NCBI GenBank assembly: GCA_963843585.1
Contig: CAWJLJ010000022.1
Span: 4,678-68,677 of the forward strand
DNA length: 64,000 bases
Origin: an uncultured Acidobacteriota bacterium
GTDB taxonomy: Bacteria > Actinomycetota > Acidimicrobiia > Spongiisociales > ZC4RG35
Direction: 5' to 3'
Part shown: one piece after another, positions 29,586 through 40,108 of the stretch
Position numbering within the stretch: position 1 is the first letter of the stretch
Layout of the letters: every line of letters begins with the position of its first letter
Position numbers and translations under genes: made by a program
Notes under the pieces: generated by a model
What the model was told of the DNA's origin: nothing
What the model saw: the letters and a program-made list of their open reading frames with translations, nothing else
The model's database searches: none

Positions 29586-30476
29586 CTACCCCTCCTCGAG
29601 CTCCTCGATCGTCTTGGGCCAGTCGTCCTTGAGGAGACGGGAGAGGGAGCGGTCGGCGAGCAACTTGCCCCCGGTCTGACAGGTGGCGCAATAGTTGGAC
29701 TCGTTGGCGGCGTGGACGATGCGCTGCACCTTCGACCCGCAGCGTGGACAGGGCTGGCCGAACTTGCCGTGCACCGCCATGTCGTCACGGAAGGCGGTCA
29801 CCTTGGTCGGCCAATCCTCGCCCACCTCGTCCCGGAGCCGCTCGGTCCATTCGGTCAGCGACTCGACCACAGCCTGCCGTAACTGCTCGACCTCATCGTC
29901 GGTCAGCTGGGAGGTCCGCTTCACAGGTGACATCCGGGCCTGCCAGAGGATCTCGTCCGAATAGGAGTTGCCAATGCCCGAGAAGATGCGCGGGTCGGTC
30001 AGGGCCCGCTTCAAGGTCCGGTTTTCCTTCCTGAGGGCGGCGCCGAACTCCCCGGCATCGGCATCCAGCGGTTCGACCCCGCCCCGATCGAGCTCGGCCA
30101 CGCCCTCGAATCCGCGGCTCAGCCAGATCCCGGCCCGTTTGTGGGTTCCCTGCTCGGTGAGGATCAGGGTGCCAGTGTCGAAGTCGATGGCGGCCAGGCC
30201 GACCTTCTTCGGGATCGGCTTCTTCGGCGGCTCCCAGCGAAGACGACCCGCCACCATCAGATGGATGACGAGATAGAGATCGTTCTCCATGCCGAAGACG
30301 ATCCGTTTTCCGACACGTTGCAGTGTCTTCACCTCGAGCCCCACGGGGGCGTCGTAGGGAGGGTCGTAGGTGCGCAACACTGACGGAGAGGCAATCCGCA
30401 CCCCGCGCACCACCTCACCGAGGACGCGCCGTTCCAGTGCCTCCAGATAGACCACGATGTCGGGAAGCTCCGGCAC
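29586..30476 (-). CDS. Fpg/Nei-family DNA glycosylase
   Basis: N-terminal PELPD, HLMVAG, H2TH GIGNSYSDEIL, zinc finger CPRC..CATCQ. Confidence 0.92.
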   Translation of the reverse strand: MPELPDIVVYLEALERRVLGEVVRGVRIASPSVLRTYDPPYDAPVGLEVKTLQRVGKRIVFGMENDLYLVIHLMVAGRLRWEPPKKPIPKKVGLAAIDFDTGTLILTEQGTHKRAGIWLSRGFEGVAELDRGGVEPLDADAGEFGAALRKENRTLKRALTDPRIFSGIGNSYSDEILWQARMSPVKRTSQLTDDEVEQLRQAVVESLTEWTERLRDEVGEDWPTKVTAFRDDMAVHGKFGQPCPRCGSKVQRIVHAANESNYCATCQTGGKLLADRSLSRLLKDDWPKTIEELEEG

Positions 30477-30503
30477 GAGGCGGAAGCTACCGGTCGGTCC
30501 CGG

Positions 30504-31196
30504 TTAGTCGGGCTCCCCGAACGATCCCGCGGCGATGACAGCGATCCCGACCACGACTCCCCCGGCGATGAAGCCATACGCGAGCAAGTGGTCGGCATCG
30601 GGTGTGGCGCTGCGAGCGGCGAGCCCGAACACGACCACGAGAGCTGATACGGCGATGATGGCCGCCATCCGGGACCATTTCGTCCTTCGGGCGATGGCAA
30701 GGGCGGAGCCCACCATGAGGAGGCCGCCGAGGACGAACGCGAACCAGAAGTTGCCTCCCGAGCCCAATCCCTGGCCGGCAGAGGATTGGGCGGCCGCCAG
30801 CGTCGGGTCGTCGCGGAGGAGCACACCACCGGCAAGGGCCATCACCCCACCGAGCGCGAATGCAATCGCTCCGAGGTTGGACTTGATCACCAGCGGCTCG
30901 GGGTCTGCCGTCGACGGGACCTCCTGATTCTGCGAGGCGGCCACTTTGCGAGCCAGACGGGGCGAGGCGGCGACGATCCCGATCTCACGGGCCAGGCCGA
31001 CGTCATCGTCGGTCTTGAGCACGAATTCCTCCCCTTCGGCCCGGATGGCGAACCCATCGTGAAGAGACTGGATGCCTATGTCACCAATCTCCCAGTCCCC
31101 GATCAGCTCATCCCGGTGAAGGAGGCTGATCCGAACTCCGTCGGCGAGCACCTCCACCTCGACACCGGGAGTGCTCTCACCGCGCATTTGCACGAT
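30504..31196 (-). CDS. Hypothetical protein with soluble N-terminal domain and 4 TM segments (start approximate)
   Basis: ORF 30504..31286; its 5' extension overlaps the pnp terminator. Confidence 0.7.
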   Translation of the reverse strand: MVQMRGESTPGVEVEVLADGVRISLLHRDELIGDWEIGDIGIQSLHDGFAIRAEGEEFVLKTDDDVGLAREIGIVAASPRLARKVAASQNQEVPSTADPEPLVIKSNLGAIAFALGGVMALAGGVLLRDDPTLAAAQSSAGQGLGSGGNFWFAFVLGGLLMVGSALAIARRTKWSRMAAIIAVSALVVVFGLAARSATPDADHLLAYGFIAGGVVVGIAVIAAGSFGEPD

Positions 31197-31283
31197 GCCC
31201 CGCGTCTCAACAGCCAATTCCTGCCTCCCCTGGCCAACCTTGGTGGGGATGATTTTATGACGTCCAGCCAGACAAACCAGAAC

Positions 31284-31314
31284 CAAAAGGGACGGGCAAC
31301 GCCCGTCCCTTTTG
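31284..31314 (-). terminator. Intrinsic terminator downstream of pnp
   Basis: Perfect inverted repeat CAAAAGGGACGGGC-AAC-GCCCGTCCCTTTTG. Confidence 0.88.
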
Positions 31315-31333
31315 CACGAATGAGCTAGCGTAG

Positions 31334-33751
31334 TTAGCGCTCGCTGATCTCCTCGAACACCTCGTCGAAGCTCTGAGCGGCACGACGCCGCTCGGCACCC
31401 GACTCAGCCGGCACCGGCTGGGGCGGTCTCGACGCTGCTGGGGCTGGGATCACGATCCCGGCTCCCACGGTCACGATCACGTCCGCCACGGTCGCCGCCA
31501 CGATCACGGCCCCGTCCGCCACGGTCACGATCACGGTCGCGTCCGCCACGGTCGCCGCCATCCTGACGGGGAGCCTCGGGCTCGGGAAGGGTTGCCCCCT
31601 CCAGGGCCTCGACCAACTCGAGGCTGACCTTGCCTCGATCGATCTCGCGGACCCTGACCTTCAGCTCCTGGCCGTCGACCAGATAGTCCTCGACTCGCTC
31701 CACCCGCTTCGACCCGTCGAGGCGGGAGATGTGGAGCAGCCCGTCACGCCCGGGGAGGATGTTGACGAATGCGCCGAACTTGGTGATGTTCACCACCTTG
31801 CCGTCGTACTCGGTGCCCAACTCCACCTCCGGCGGGAAGGCGATCTGCATCACCTTCTCCTTGGCGGCGGCCAGAGCCGAACCGTCGTTGGAGGCGATCC
31901 TCACGATGCCTTTGCCATCGGTCTCTTCGATCTCGATGGCGGCTCCGGTCACTTCCTCGAGCTCGCGAATCACAGCGCCCTTGGGACCGATGACCTCACC
32001 GATCTTGTCCTTGGGGATCTCGATCGACTCGATACGAGGAGCGAATTCGTTCATCTCGGAACGAGGCTCGGCAATGGCTTCTGCCATCTTGTCCAGGATG
32101 AACAAGCGGGCGACCTTGGCCTGATCGAGTGCCTCGGTCAGCACCTCGGAGGGAAGGCCTTCGAGCTTGGTGTCGAGCTGCAAGGCCGTGATCACGTCCC
32201 TGGTGCCGGCCACCTTGAAGTCCATGTCACCGAGGGCGTCTTCCGCACCGAGGATGTCGGTGAGCGTCACGTACTTCCCGTCACGGTGAATGAGCCCCAT
32301 GGCGATACCGCCGACCGGCGCCAGGATCGGAACTGCGGCGTCCATCAGCGACAGGGACGATGCACACACCGACGCCATCGAGGTGGACCCATTCGAGGAC
32401 AGGACCTCGGAGACGAGCCTGAGGGCGTAGGGGAATTCTTCCTCGGTGGGGATGACCGGGAGGACTGCCTTCTCGGCCAGTGCCCCGTGACCTATCTCAC
32501 GACGCTTCGGGCCACGCATGAACCCGGCCTCACCGGTGGAGAATGGTGGGAAGTTGTAGTGGTGCATGTAGCGCTTGGAATCCTCGAGGGCGAGGGTGTC
32601 CAGCATCTGCTCCATCTTCATCATCCCGAGCGTGGTCAGGTTGAGGACCTGGGTCTCGCCTCGTTGGAAGAGACCGGAACCGTGAGTCCTCGCCACCACG
32701 CCGACCTCGGCGCTGATCGGCCGGATGTCGGTGGGGCCACGCCCATCGAGGCGTATGCCGTCCTCGACCACCCGCTTGCGCATGAGGTCCTTGAGGACCG
32801 ACTTGAAGGCGCTGCTTTGCCTGGCCACGACCCTCGTCGTCGTCCTCGGCAAGACCGAGCTCTGCCACGACCGCCTCCAGGACCTCGTCCTCGGCGGTGT
32901 TGCGCTCCTGCTTGTCGGCGATTGTGACCACCGAGCCGAGCTTCGGCTCTGCGATCCCTCGGACGCTCTGGTAGATCTCGTCGGAGTAGTCGGCGGCGAC
33001 CGGCCACTCGACCTCTTTCTTGGTCACCTTGGAGGCCAATTCGTTCTGGAGATCGATGAACTCACCGATGTAGGTCTTGGCCTCTTCGAGACCCCTGGCG
33101 ACGGTGGCTCTCATCCGACGGGGCATCGCCCGCCGCGATCAGACGCAGGCCGTTGGGCGTCGAACCGGCCTCGACCATGATGATGTCGATCCCGCCCTCG
33201 GCGTTGCGACCACCGGCGACCACCAGCTCGAATACCGACTCGTCGAGATCGGCATGGGTCGGGAAGGGGATCCACTCCCCCTTCTTGAGACCGAGACGAA
33301 CGGCGCCGATCGGTCCCTGGAAGGGGATCGGGCTCACGCTCAATGCAGCCGAGGCGCCATTCAACGCAATCACGTCGAAGGGATTCTCCTGGTCCACCGC
33401 CAGCGAGGTGATCACGACGTGGGTCTCGTTGCGATAGTTGTCGGAGAATGACGGGCGCAGCGGGCGGTCGATGAGCCGGCAGGTGAGAATCGCCTGCTCG
33501 GAGGGTCGACCCTCACGACGGAAGAACGACCCGGGGATCTTGCCCACCGAGTACATGCGCTCTTCGAAGTCGACGGTGAGAGGGAAGAAATCGACTCCCT
33601 CTCTGATTTTCCTATTTGCAGTGGCGGTTACCAACATCTCGGTACCGCCGAGTCGGGCGACCACGGCTCCGTCGGCCTGACCGGCGAGTTTGCCGGTGCT
33701 CAGGACGAACTCTTTGCCGCCGATGGTCCCCGTTACGGAGATTTCGGGCAC
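31334..33751 (-). CDS. pnp: Polyribonucleotide nucleotidyltransferase; frameshifts near 33110, 32820 and 31450
   Basis: [42 protein letters not shown] and S1 domains, DRGGR-repeat tail. Confidence 0.97.
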
Positions 33752-33771
33752 TAAGTGCTCCTTGTGTATGG

Positions 33772-33842
33772 GAGCCGCACCCGTTGGCAGTAGTCATGTC
33801 TCAGGTGAACCGAGACATCGCCACTGACAACCGGCAAGGCTC
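33772..33842 (-). promoter_or_regulatory. Long rpsO-pnp intergenic stem-loop (probable RNase III site)
   Basis: Nested pairs GAGCC/GGCTC, GTTG/CAAC, CAGT/ACTG, ATGTCTC/GAGACAT. Confidence 0.65.
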
Positions 33843-33918
33843 AGTGTGTATGTCGGCCCCGGCCGTCCGGCCCGGGCCATCTCATGAGGAACGCTAACCG
33901 CTCCTCAGGAAAGCAGTG

Positions 33919-34176
33919 TCAGCGACGCAGCCCCAACTTGGCAATCAGGGCCCTGTATCGCTCCACATCCTCCCTACGGAGGTAGTCGAGGAGACGACGC
34001 CGCTTACCGACCATCATGAGGAGCCCGCGCCGACTGTGATGGTCGTGCTTGTGCTCACGGAGATGCTCGGTCAAATGGTTGATTCGCTCGCTGAGCAAGG
34101 CGACCTGCACTTCTGGGGAGCCGGTATCGCTCTCGTGGGTGCCGTACTCGGCGACGATTTCGGTGGTTGTCTTCAT
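33919..34176 (-). CDS. rpsO: 30S ribosomal protein S15
   Basis: [29 protein letters not shown]. Confidence 0.98.
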   Translation of the reverse strand: MKTTTEIVAEYGTHESDTGSPEVQVALLSERINHLTEHLREHKHDHHSRRGLLMMVGKRRRLLDYLRREDVERYRALIAKLGLRR

Positions 34177-34288
34177 TACGCGTCAAACCTGGACTGTTCC
34201 GGGGGGACAGCAGAAACTCTAACAGCCCACTCGTTGGTAACCACAACCACGGACACGACAACCACGCGGCCTCCCCCCTTGTTCCCCT

Positions 34289-35527
34289 TCACCGCACCTG
34301 CCCGTCACCATAGAGCACGTACCGCTCGGACGTAAGGGACTCGAGACCCATAGGGCCCCGGACGTGAAGCTTCTGAGTCGAGTTGCCGATCTCGGCGCCG
34401 AACCCGAATTCCTCGCCGTCGGTGAAACGGGTCGATGCGTTCACCGCCACGACCGCGGTGTCGATCGCGGCGACGAAGCGGTCGGCTGCGACACGGTCGT
34501 CGGTGACTATGGCCTCGGTGTGACCCGTCCCGTACCGACGGACATGCTCGATGGCGACATCGATGCCGGGCACGACACGGACCGCCATGATCAGGTCGAG
34601 GTACTCGGTGGCCCAGTCCTCCTCGGTCGCCTCCCCCATCTCGGGCACCAGCTCACGTGCATGGTCGTCGCCCCGGAGTTCGACGTTTTCCGCCATGAGG
34701 GCGCGAGCTGCCTCACCGAGGAACTTCTCGGCCACGGCCTCGTGGATCAAGAGCGTCTCGGCGGCGTTGCAAACCCCGGGACGCTGGACCTTGGCGTTGA
34801 CCACGATGCCAAGCGCCTTCTCGAGATCGGCTGAGGCATCGACGTAGACATGGCAGTTCCCCGCACCGTCTATGACGGTTGGCACGGTGGCATCCGCCTG
34901 GACCGCAGCGATGAGACCAGGCCCACCCCTTGGTACGAGCAGATCCACCCATTCGGTCGCCTGCATCAGTGCTTTGGCTCCCTCTCGGCTGGTGTCCTCG
35001 AGGAGTTGGACCCCGTCGGCAGGGAGCCCGGCAGCGGTGAGCGAGCCCCGTATGGCACCGGAGATGGCCATGTTGGAGCGGAGGGCATAGGAGGAGCCAC
35101 GCAGGATGACGGCGTTGCCGGATCGAATGCAGAGCCCGGCGGCATCGGCCGTCACGTTGGGACGGGCCTCGTATATCACGGCGACGACGCCGAGTGGGAC
35201 GCGGACGCGGTGGAGTTGCACCCCGTTGTACAACGACCAGCCTCCGGTCTCGCGGCCCACCGGATCGGGCAAGGAGGCAACGCTGCGGAGACCGGTGGCC
35301 ATGGCGGAGATCCGCCTCTCGTCCAGTCGGAGTCGGTCGATGAGAGCGCCGGTGATCCCTTCACCTTCCGCCTGTGCCATGTCGGCCCGATTCGCCTCGA
35401 GCACGGCCGGGGCGGCTTCTTCCACCCCAGCGGCCATGCCGAGCAGGGCCTGCCGGCGCGACTCGCCGGTCGACTGACGCAGAACGTGTGAGGCCTCCCG
35501 GGCTCGGCGGCCGATCTCGTCGATCAT
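34289..35527 (-). CDS. proA: Gamma-glutamyl phosphate reductase
   Basis: YEARPNVT, VCNAAE, NASTRFTDG, STQKLH.RGPMG. Confidence 0.96.
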   Translation of the reverse strand: MIDEIGRRAREASHVLRQSTGESRRQALLGMAAGVEEAAPAVLEANRADMAQAEGEGITGALIDRLRLDERRISAMATGLRSVASLPDPVGRETGGWSLYNGVQLHRVRVPLGVVAVIYEARPNVTADAAGLCIRSGNAVILRGSSYALRSNMAISGAIRGSLTAAGLPADGVQLLEDTSREGAKALMQATEWVDLLVPRGGPGLIAAVQADATVPTVIDGAGNCHVYVDASADLEKALGIVVNAKVQRPGVCNAAETLLIHEAVAEKFLGEAARALMAENVELRGDDHARELVPEMGEATEEDWATEYLDLIMAVRVVPGIDVAIEHVRRYGTGHTEAIVTDDRVAADRFVAAIDTAVVAVNASTRFTDGEEFGFGAEIGNSTQKLHVRGPMGLESLTSERYVLYGDGQVR

Positions 35528-36666
35528 TGGCTCAGGTTATCGGCGGATGGGACGGTGGTGAGAACGACGAGGTCGTCGCGGTGGACCACCACACCACCCA
35601 CCTCCGAGCTGTGGCGGCCGATCGATGTGCGGACCTCCTCGGCCGTCATCGCCACCAATCCTTTGCCGATGACGGCGTTGTCATCGCCAGTCACCTCAAC
35701 GGCGGATCCGGCGTCGAAATCGCCATCGACGCCTGTTATCCCGACAGCGAGGAGAGATCGCCCGCCATCGAGCAAGGCCGAGGCCGCGCCGGGGTCAACA
35801 GAGAGGCGTCCGACAGCGGGCAGACCGAACGCGATCCAAAGCTTGCGGGCCGGGAGCCTCGACTCGTGGGGCGTTACCCACGTCCCCACGGCCTCACCGG
35901 ACACGGCACGAGCGACGACCCCGCTCTCCCTGGCATCGGCGATGACCGTGGGGATGCCCGACCAGGCGGCCATCCTGGCCGCCATCACCTTGGTGGCTGG
36001 ACCGCCCGAGCCGAAAGGTCCAGGGGCGCCACCGGCGATGTGGTCGAGTGCGGCGTCGCCGGAGTGGACCGCCGAGAGCAGCTCGACGTCGTCCATGGTC
36101 CTTGGGTCACCCGAGTAGATGCCCCCGAAGTCGGTCAGGATCACCAGGATGCCGGCAGAGACGAGGTGCGACACGATCGCCGCCAGCTCGTCGTTGCCGC
36201 CGAGCCGGAACTCGTCCACCACAACGGTGTCGTTCTCGTTGATGATCGGGACGACTCCCAGGGAGAGCATTCGCTCCAGGGTGTTGCGCGCATTGAGGTA
36301 TTGGGACCGGTTGGCGAGCACGTCCTTGGTCAGCAGCACCTGGCCAACCACCATCCCCCGGCTCTTGAACAAAGCGGCGTATCGCTCCATGAGGAGCCCC
36401 TGGCCCACTGCCGCCGCAGCCTGGAGGGCGGGCACATCTCTGGGGCGCCCGCCGAGACCGAGCGCCGGAATGCCGGCCGCTACCGCGCCAGATGAGACAA
36501 GGAGGGTCGGATGACCTCCATCCCACATCCCGGCGACATGTTCGACCGCCTGCTCGAGACCCTCGGGATCGAGCTCACCGGTGGGACGCACCAAGCTCGA
36601 AGAACCGGCCTTGACCACGACCGGTCTCCCGGCATCGATGGGCCGGCGGCCGACTGAGTCCGTCAT
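35524..36666 (-). CDS. proB: Glutamate 5-kinase
   Basis: VVKAGSS, VSSGAV, INENDTV, PUA domain, VHRDDL. Confidence 0.96.
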   Translation of the reverse strand: MTDSVGRRPIDAGRPVVVKAGSSSLVRPTGELDPEGLEQAVEHVAGMWDGGHPTLLVSSGAVAAGIPALGLGGRPRDVPALQAAAAVGQGLLMERYAALFKSRGMVVGQVLLTKDVLANRSQYLNARNTLERMLSLGVVPIINENDTVVVDEFRLGGNDELAAIVSHLVSAGILVILTDFGGIYSGDPRTMDDVELLSAVHSGDAALDHIAGGAPGPFGSGGPATKVMAARMAAWSGIPTVIADARESGVVARAVSGEAVGTWVTPHESRLPARKLWIAFGLPAVGRLSVDPGAASALLDGGRSLLAVGITGVDGDFDAGSAVEVTGDDNAVIGKGLVAMTAEEVRTSIGRHSSEVGGVVVHRDDLVVLTTVPSADNLSQ

Positions 36667-36682
36667 GGACCCACCACCGGTC

Positions 36683-37609
36683 TCAGGTCGGCACCGGAGC
36701 CGTCTTCAGCAGGCGGCGCACCTGTGCGACGTCGTCCCTGATCGCCGCGACGAGGGCATCGGCGTTCTCGAACTGGAGCTCGGGGCGAAGCCTGTCGACG
36801 AATTCGAGGGTGAGAACCGATCCGTAGATCTCCCTGTCGAAATCGATGATGTGCGCCTCGATGAGTAGCTCGGTCCCCCCGAAGGTGGGCCTGACCCCGA
36901 CGTTCACCGCTGCGGGCAGGATCTCCCGGCCGAATCGAGCCCAGGCCGCATAGATCCCGTTCCCCGGGATCACCTTTCGTTCCGGCGGTCTCAGGTTGGC
37001 AGTTGGGAACCCGAGGCCTTTCCCCCTCTTGTCACCAGGGGTCACCACGTTGGAGAGCCGGTAGAGGTTGCCGAGGAGGTCGGCCGCGTCCGAGACGTCT
37101 CCGTCCTCGATCAGCCGACGGATGCGGGTGGACGAGATGACGCCGTTCGACTCGACCAGGCCGACCACCTCGACCTCGAACCCATGACGGGTTCCCGCCG
37201 CGATCAGGAATTCGCAGTCACCGGCTCGATCACGGCCGAACTGGAAGTCGGCACCCACAACCAGATAGCTGACCTCGAGCTTGTCCACCAGCACCTGGGA
37301 GACGAACTCCTCCGGCTCGAGATGACGGATCTCAGACAGGTCGAGCACTCCAACGGTGTCGACGCCGAGAGCGGCGAGCAAGGCAATTCGCTCGTCGATG
37401 TCGGTGATCAGACGCGGATTGGTCCCAGGTGAGAGCACCTCGGCCGGATGCGGGTCAAAGGTGAGCACCGTCGAGGGATGAGGGTTGGCCACCAGCCGGT
37501 CGAGGATCACGCGGTGCCCGATATGAACCCCGTCGAACACACCCACCGTGACCGCGTTCGGCGGAGTCTGCGCCTCCCAGCGCTCCAAGGGGCCTCGAAG
37601 GATCTTCAC
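36683..37609 (-). CDS. ribF: Riboflavin kinase / FAD synthetase
   Basis: GVFDGVHIGH, TFDPHP, ISSTRIR, GFPTAN, GVRPTF. Confidence 0.96.
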   Translation of the reverse strand: MKILRGPLERWEAQTPPNAVTVGVFDGVHIGHRVILDRLVANPHPSTVLTFDPHPAEVLSPGTNPRLITDIDERIALLAALGVDTVGVLDLSEIRHLEPEEFVSQVLVDKLEVSYLVVGADFQFGRDRAGDCEFLIAAGTRHGFEVEVVGLVESNGVISSTRIRRLIEDGDVSDAADLLGNLYRLSNVVTPGDKRGKGLGFPTANLRPPERKVIPGNGIYAAWARFGREILPAAVNVGVRPTFGGTELLIEAHIIDFDREIYGSVLTLEFVDRLRPELQFENADALVAAIRDDVAQVRRLLKTAPVPT

Positions 37610-38485
37610 GAGGCGAGGACCACCTCGGGTCTCGCCTGGTCTCCATCCCGCCGGTACACGGCGATCAGGTCGCCTGCCTGGTCGAGTACGCGGATCACCG
37701 AGTGGTCCGGGGCGGCAACCATCTCGCCACCGACGAATTGCATGCCGTGACACACCCCGCGGGCCGTCTCCTCGCTCACGGTGACTGCGGGTAGATCGCC
37801 GAGAGCCTCCGCAGGCGTGAGGAAATGAGCCTCCCATTCGCCCAGATCACCGATCTCGACGCCGTGTGTCTCCACGTCGAGAGACCCGGTGCGGGTGCGG
37901 CGGAGAGCGGTGAGATGGGCCGACCCGCCGAGCGCCGCGGCCAGATCGTCGGCCAACGAGCGCACATAGGTCCCCTTGCCGCACACGACACGGAACTCCA
38001 CCTCCGGATATGGGCCGGCGCCCACGGCCCCGATCTCCAACTCGTGGATCTCCACCGGCCGTGCCTCCCGTTCAACCACCACGCCCTGACGGGCCAACTC
38101 GTAGAGACGCCGGCCCTGGTGCTTGAGGGCGGAGACCATCGGCGGCACCTGGAGCACCGTGCCGACGAAAGCGGCTGGCCACGGCTTCCAGTTCCTCCTC
38201 GGAGAACTCCATCGGCTCGCGGTTGAGAACTGCTCCATCCGAATCCAGGGTGTCGGTCGAAACCCCGAACTGGGCGGTCGCCAGGTACTCCTTCGGCTGT
38301 TCCTGTATGAATCGGATGAGTCTGGTCACCGGGCCGACCGCCACCACGACGACGCCGGTAGCGAGCGGATCGAGGGTGCCGGCGTGACCCACCTTCTTGA
38401 TGCCCGTGGCACGCTTGACGCGGCTGACGACATCGTTGGATGTCATCCCCCCCGGCTTGTCGACCACGAGAAACCCACGGGTCAT
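37606..38485 (-). CDS. truB: tRNA pseudouridine(55) synthase; frameshift near 38170
   Basis: KVGHAGTLDP, QVPPMVSA, KGTYVRSL. Confidence 0.95.
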
Positions 38486-39453
38486 CTGTGGGCCTCGAGC
38501 CTTTTCCGCACCTCGTCGATTGCCTTCTCCGGGTCTCCGTCAAACGTGAATCCCGACGCGAGGCGGTGCCCGCCTCCGCCGAGGTCGGCTGCGAGCGCAC
38601 CCACGTCTGTTGCACCCCGGGAGCGCAGGCTGACCTTCACGTGACTGTCTGCGTTGACTTTCGCCAGCACCGCCACGTCAGCCTCCTCGGCAAGTCTCAG
38701 GGTGTTGAGCAGGTTGTCGATGTCGCCCCAATCCACACCTGCTTCGTCGAGGTCCTGGTGGGTGATGATGGTTGAGACCATGCCCTCGTCGGTGTCGAGC
38801 ACGGCTCGGGCCAGGGCCACCCCGGCTGCCTTCAGATATCCGAAAGGCGCTTCCTCGTAGACCTTCTGACTGATCTGCTCGGGTCGCGCCCCGGCCGCGA
38901 CCAGTCGAGCGGCGACCTCCAACGTGGGGGCGGTGGTGTTGGCGTACTGGAAGCGGCCGGTGTCGGTGACCACGGCGGTGAGGAGACAGGTTGCGATTTC
39001 GGCCGTGATTGGCCATCCCAGCGCGTCGAGCAGGTCGACCACGATCACCCCGGTAGCCGCCGCGTCCGGGTCGACCAACGGAATATCACCAAAGCCCTCG
39101 TTGGTGACATGGTGGTCCACCACCACCAGGGTCCCTGCGTTCCCCGCCGGACCGCCCAACTCGGCAAGGCGGTCGGGTGACCCGGCATCGAAGACGACCA
39201 TGGTTTCGGGGCTCTTGGGGAATTCTCCTGGTTCTACCAACAGGTCCGTGGGGAGGAATGACAGATTGGCGGGGACGACGAACGGCGACCCGAACCCCGC
39301 CACCACTGTCTTCCCGGCGGCGCGGGCCGCGGTCCCGAATCCGAGCATGGAGCCGAGGGCGTCTCCATCGGGGCCGACATGACATGCCAGCGCCAACTCC
39401 TCACTGGCGGCAATCGTCGCGGCTGCCTTTTCGATGAGCTGTCGTTCGATCAT
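38482..39453 (-). CDS. DHH-family phosphoesterase (NrnA-like)
   Basis: PDGDALGS, VDHH, TDTGRF, SLRS, GGGH. Confidence 0.92.
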   Translation of the reverse strand: MIERQLIEKAAATIAASEELALACHVGPDGDALGSMLGFGTAARAAGKTVVAGFGSPFVVPANLSFLPTDLLVEPGEFPKSPETMVVFDAGSPDRLAELGGPAGNAGTLVVVDHHVTNEGFGDIPLVDPDAAATGVIVVDLLDALGWPITAEIATCLLTAVVTDTGRFQYANTTAPTLEVAARLVAAGARPEQISQKVYEEAPFGYLKAAGVALARAVLDTDEGMVSTIITHQDLDEAGVDWGDIDNLLNTLRLAEEADVAVLAKVNADSHVKVSLRSRGATDVGALAADLGGGGHRLASGFTFDGDPEKAIDEVRKRLEAHR

Positions 39454-39460
39454 CCGGGTC

Positions 39461-39805
39461 TCATTCCTCTTCTTGCAGGGACCGCAGGATGGCATCGATT
39501 CTCTCGCCACCGCTCACACCGGGGTCGACCGCAAACTCCAGGACCGGCGTGTACTTCATCCGGACCTGGCGGGCTATGACCGATTGGAGACGGTGTGAGG
39601 CGTGATCGAGGGCTGTGAGGGCGTCGGCGGGATCGGCACCGAGGAGGTCGATGTAGACCACTGCATGACGAAGATTGGGGCTGGTCTCGACACCTGTGAT
39701 GGACACCATCTCGAGGCGGGAATCGCTCATTCTCTCGATCTCTTCTGCAAGGACTTCGCGGAGGGTGGAGTTGACCTTCAGCATTCGGGGGCTGGCATCT
39801 CTCAT
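39461..39805 (-). CDS. rbfA: Ribosome-binding factor A
   Basis: SITGVETSPNL..A.V, MKYTPVLEF; synteny. Confidence 0.92.
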   Translation of the reverse strand: MRDASPRMLKVNSTLREVLAEEIERMSDSRLEMVSITGVETSPNLRHAVVYIDLLGADPADALTALDHASHRLQSVIARQVRMKYTPVLEFAVDPGVSGGERIDAILRSLQEEE

Positions 39806-40095
39806 TCGGGCTCCTCCAACTCGCTCATGCGCACGTCGAGGACTTCGACCTCCAGTTGCCCATCAAGGTAGCGGCGCAACTTGGAGACCTGCATGGCGAG
39901 GCTCTCGCCGTCAGGGGCGGCGATGGCGACTCCGATCGCGGCCCGCTGCCACTTGTCGTGATAGCCGACTTCGGCGACGCTGTAGGAGCCGAGGCGCCGC
40001 AGACCCTCGATGACCGGCCTGAGCACGGCTCTCTTCTCTTTGAGCGACTGGGAGGCGGGCAGATGTAGCTCGACCCTCAGGGCCGCGGCCCGCAT
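39802..40095 (-). CDS. DUF503 (YlxP-like) protein
   Basis: SLKEKR, VAEV...D.WQR; lies between infB and rbfA. Confidence 0.88.
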   Translation of the reverse strand: MRAAALRVELHLPASQSLKEKRAVLRPVIEGLRRLGSYSVAEVGYHDKWQRAAIGVAIAAPDGESLAMQVSKLRRYLDGQLEVEVLDVRMSELEEPE

Positions 40096-40108
40096 CAGGC
40101 GGCGTTTA

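Noticed and set aside
25946-29594. 11-bp direct repeat ACCTACCCCTC at the ydeI and fpg 3' ends, flanking ydeI-HNH-imuAB
   Set aside because: Too short to be significant in GC-rich DNA, largely explained by both proteins ending in EG-stop, and no integrase is nearby.
31445-31560. Tandem-like CCGCCACGGTC/CACGATCACG repeats
   Set aside because: They encode the DRGGRDRDR low-complexity tail of PNPase and have no unique spacers, so this is not a CRISPR array.
31334-33751. Split pnp, and likewise truB, nusA, icmF, the aldehyde dehydrogenase and plsC, as pseudogenes or programmed frameshifts
   Set aside because: Single-base shifts are scattered through housekeeping genes with intact motifs and no consistent slippery site; sequencing error is the simplest explanation.
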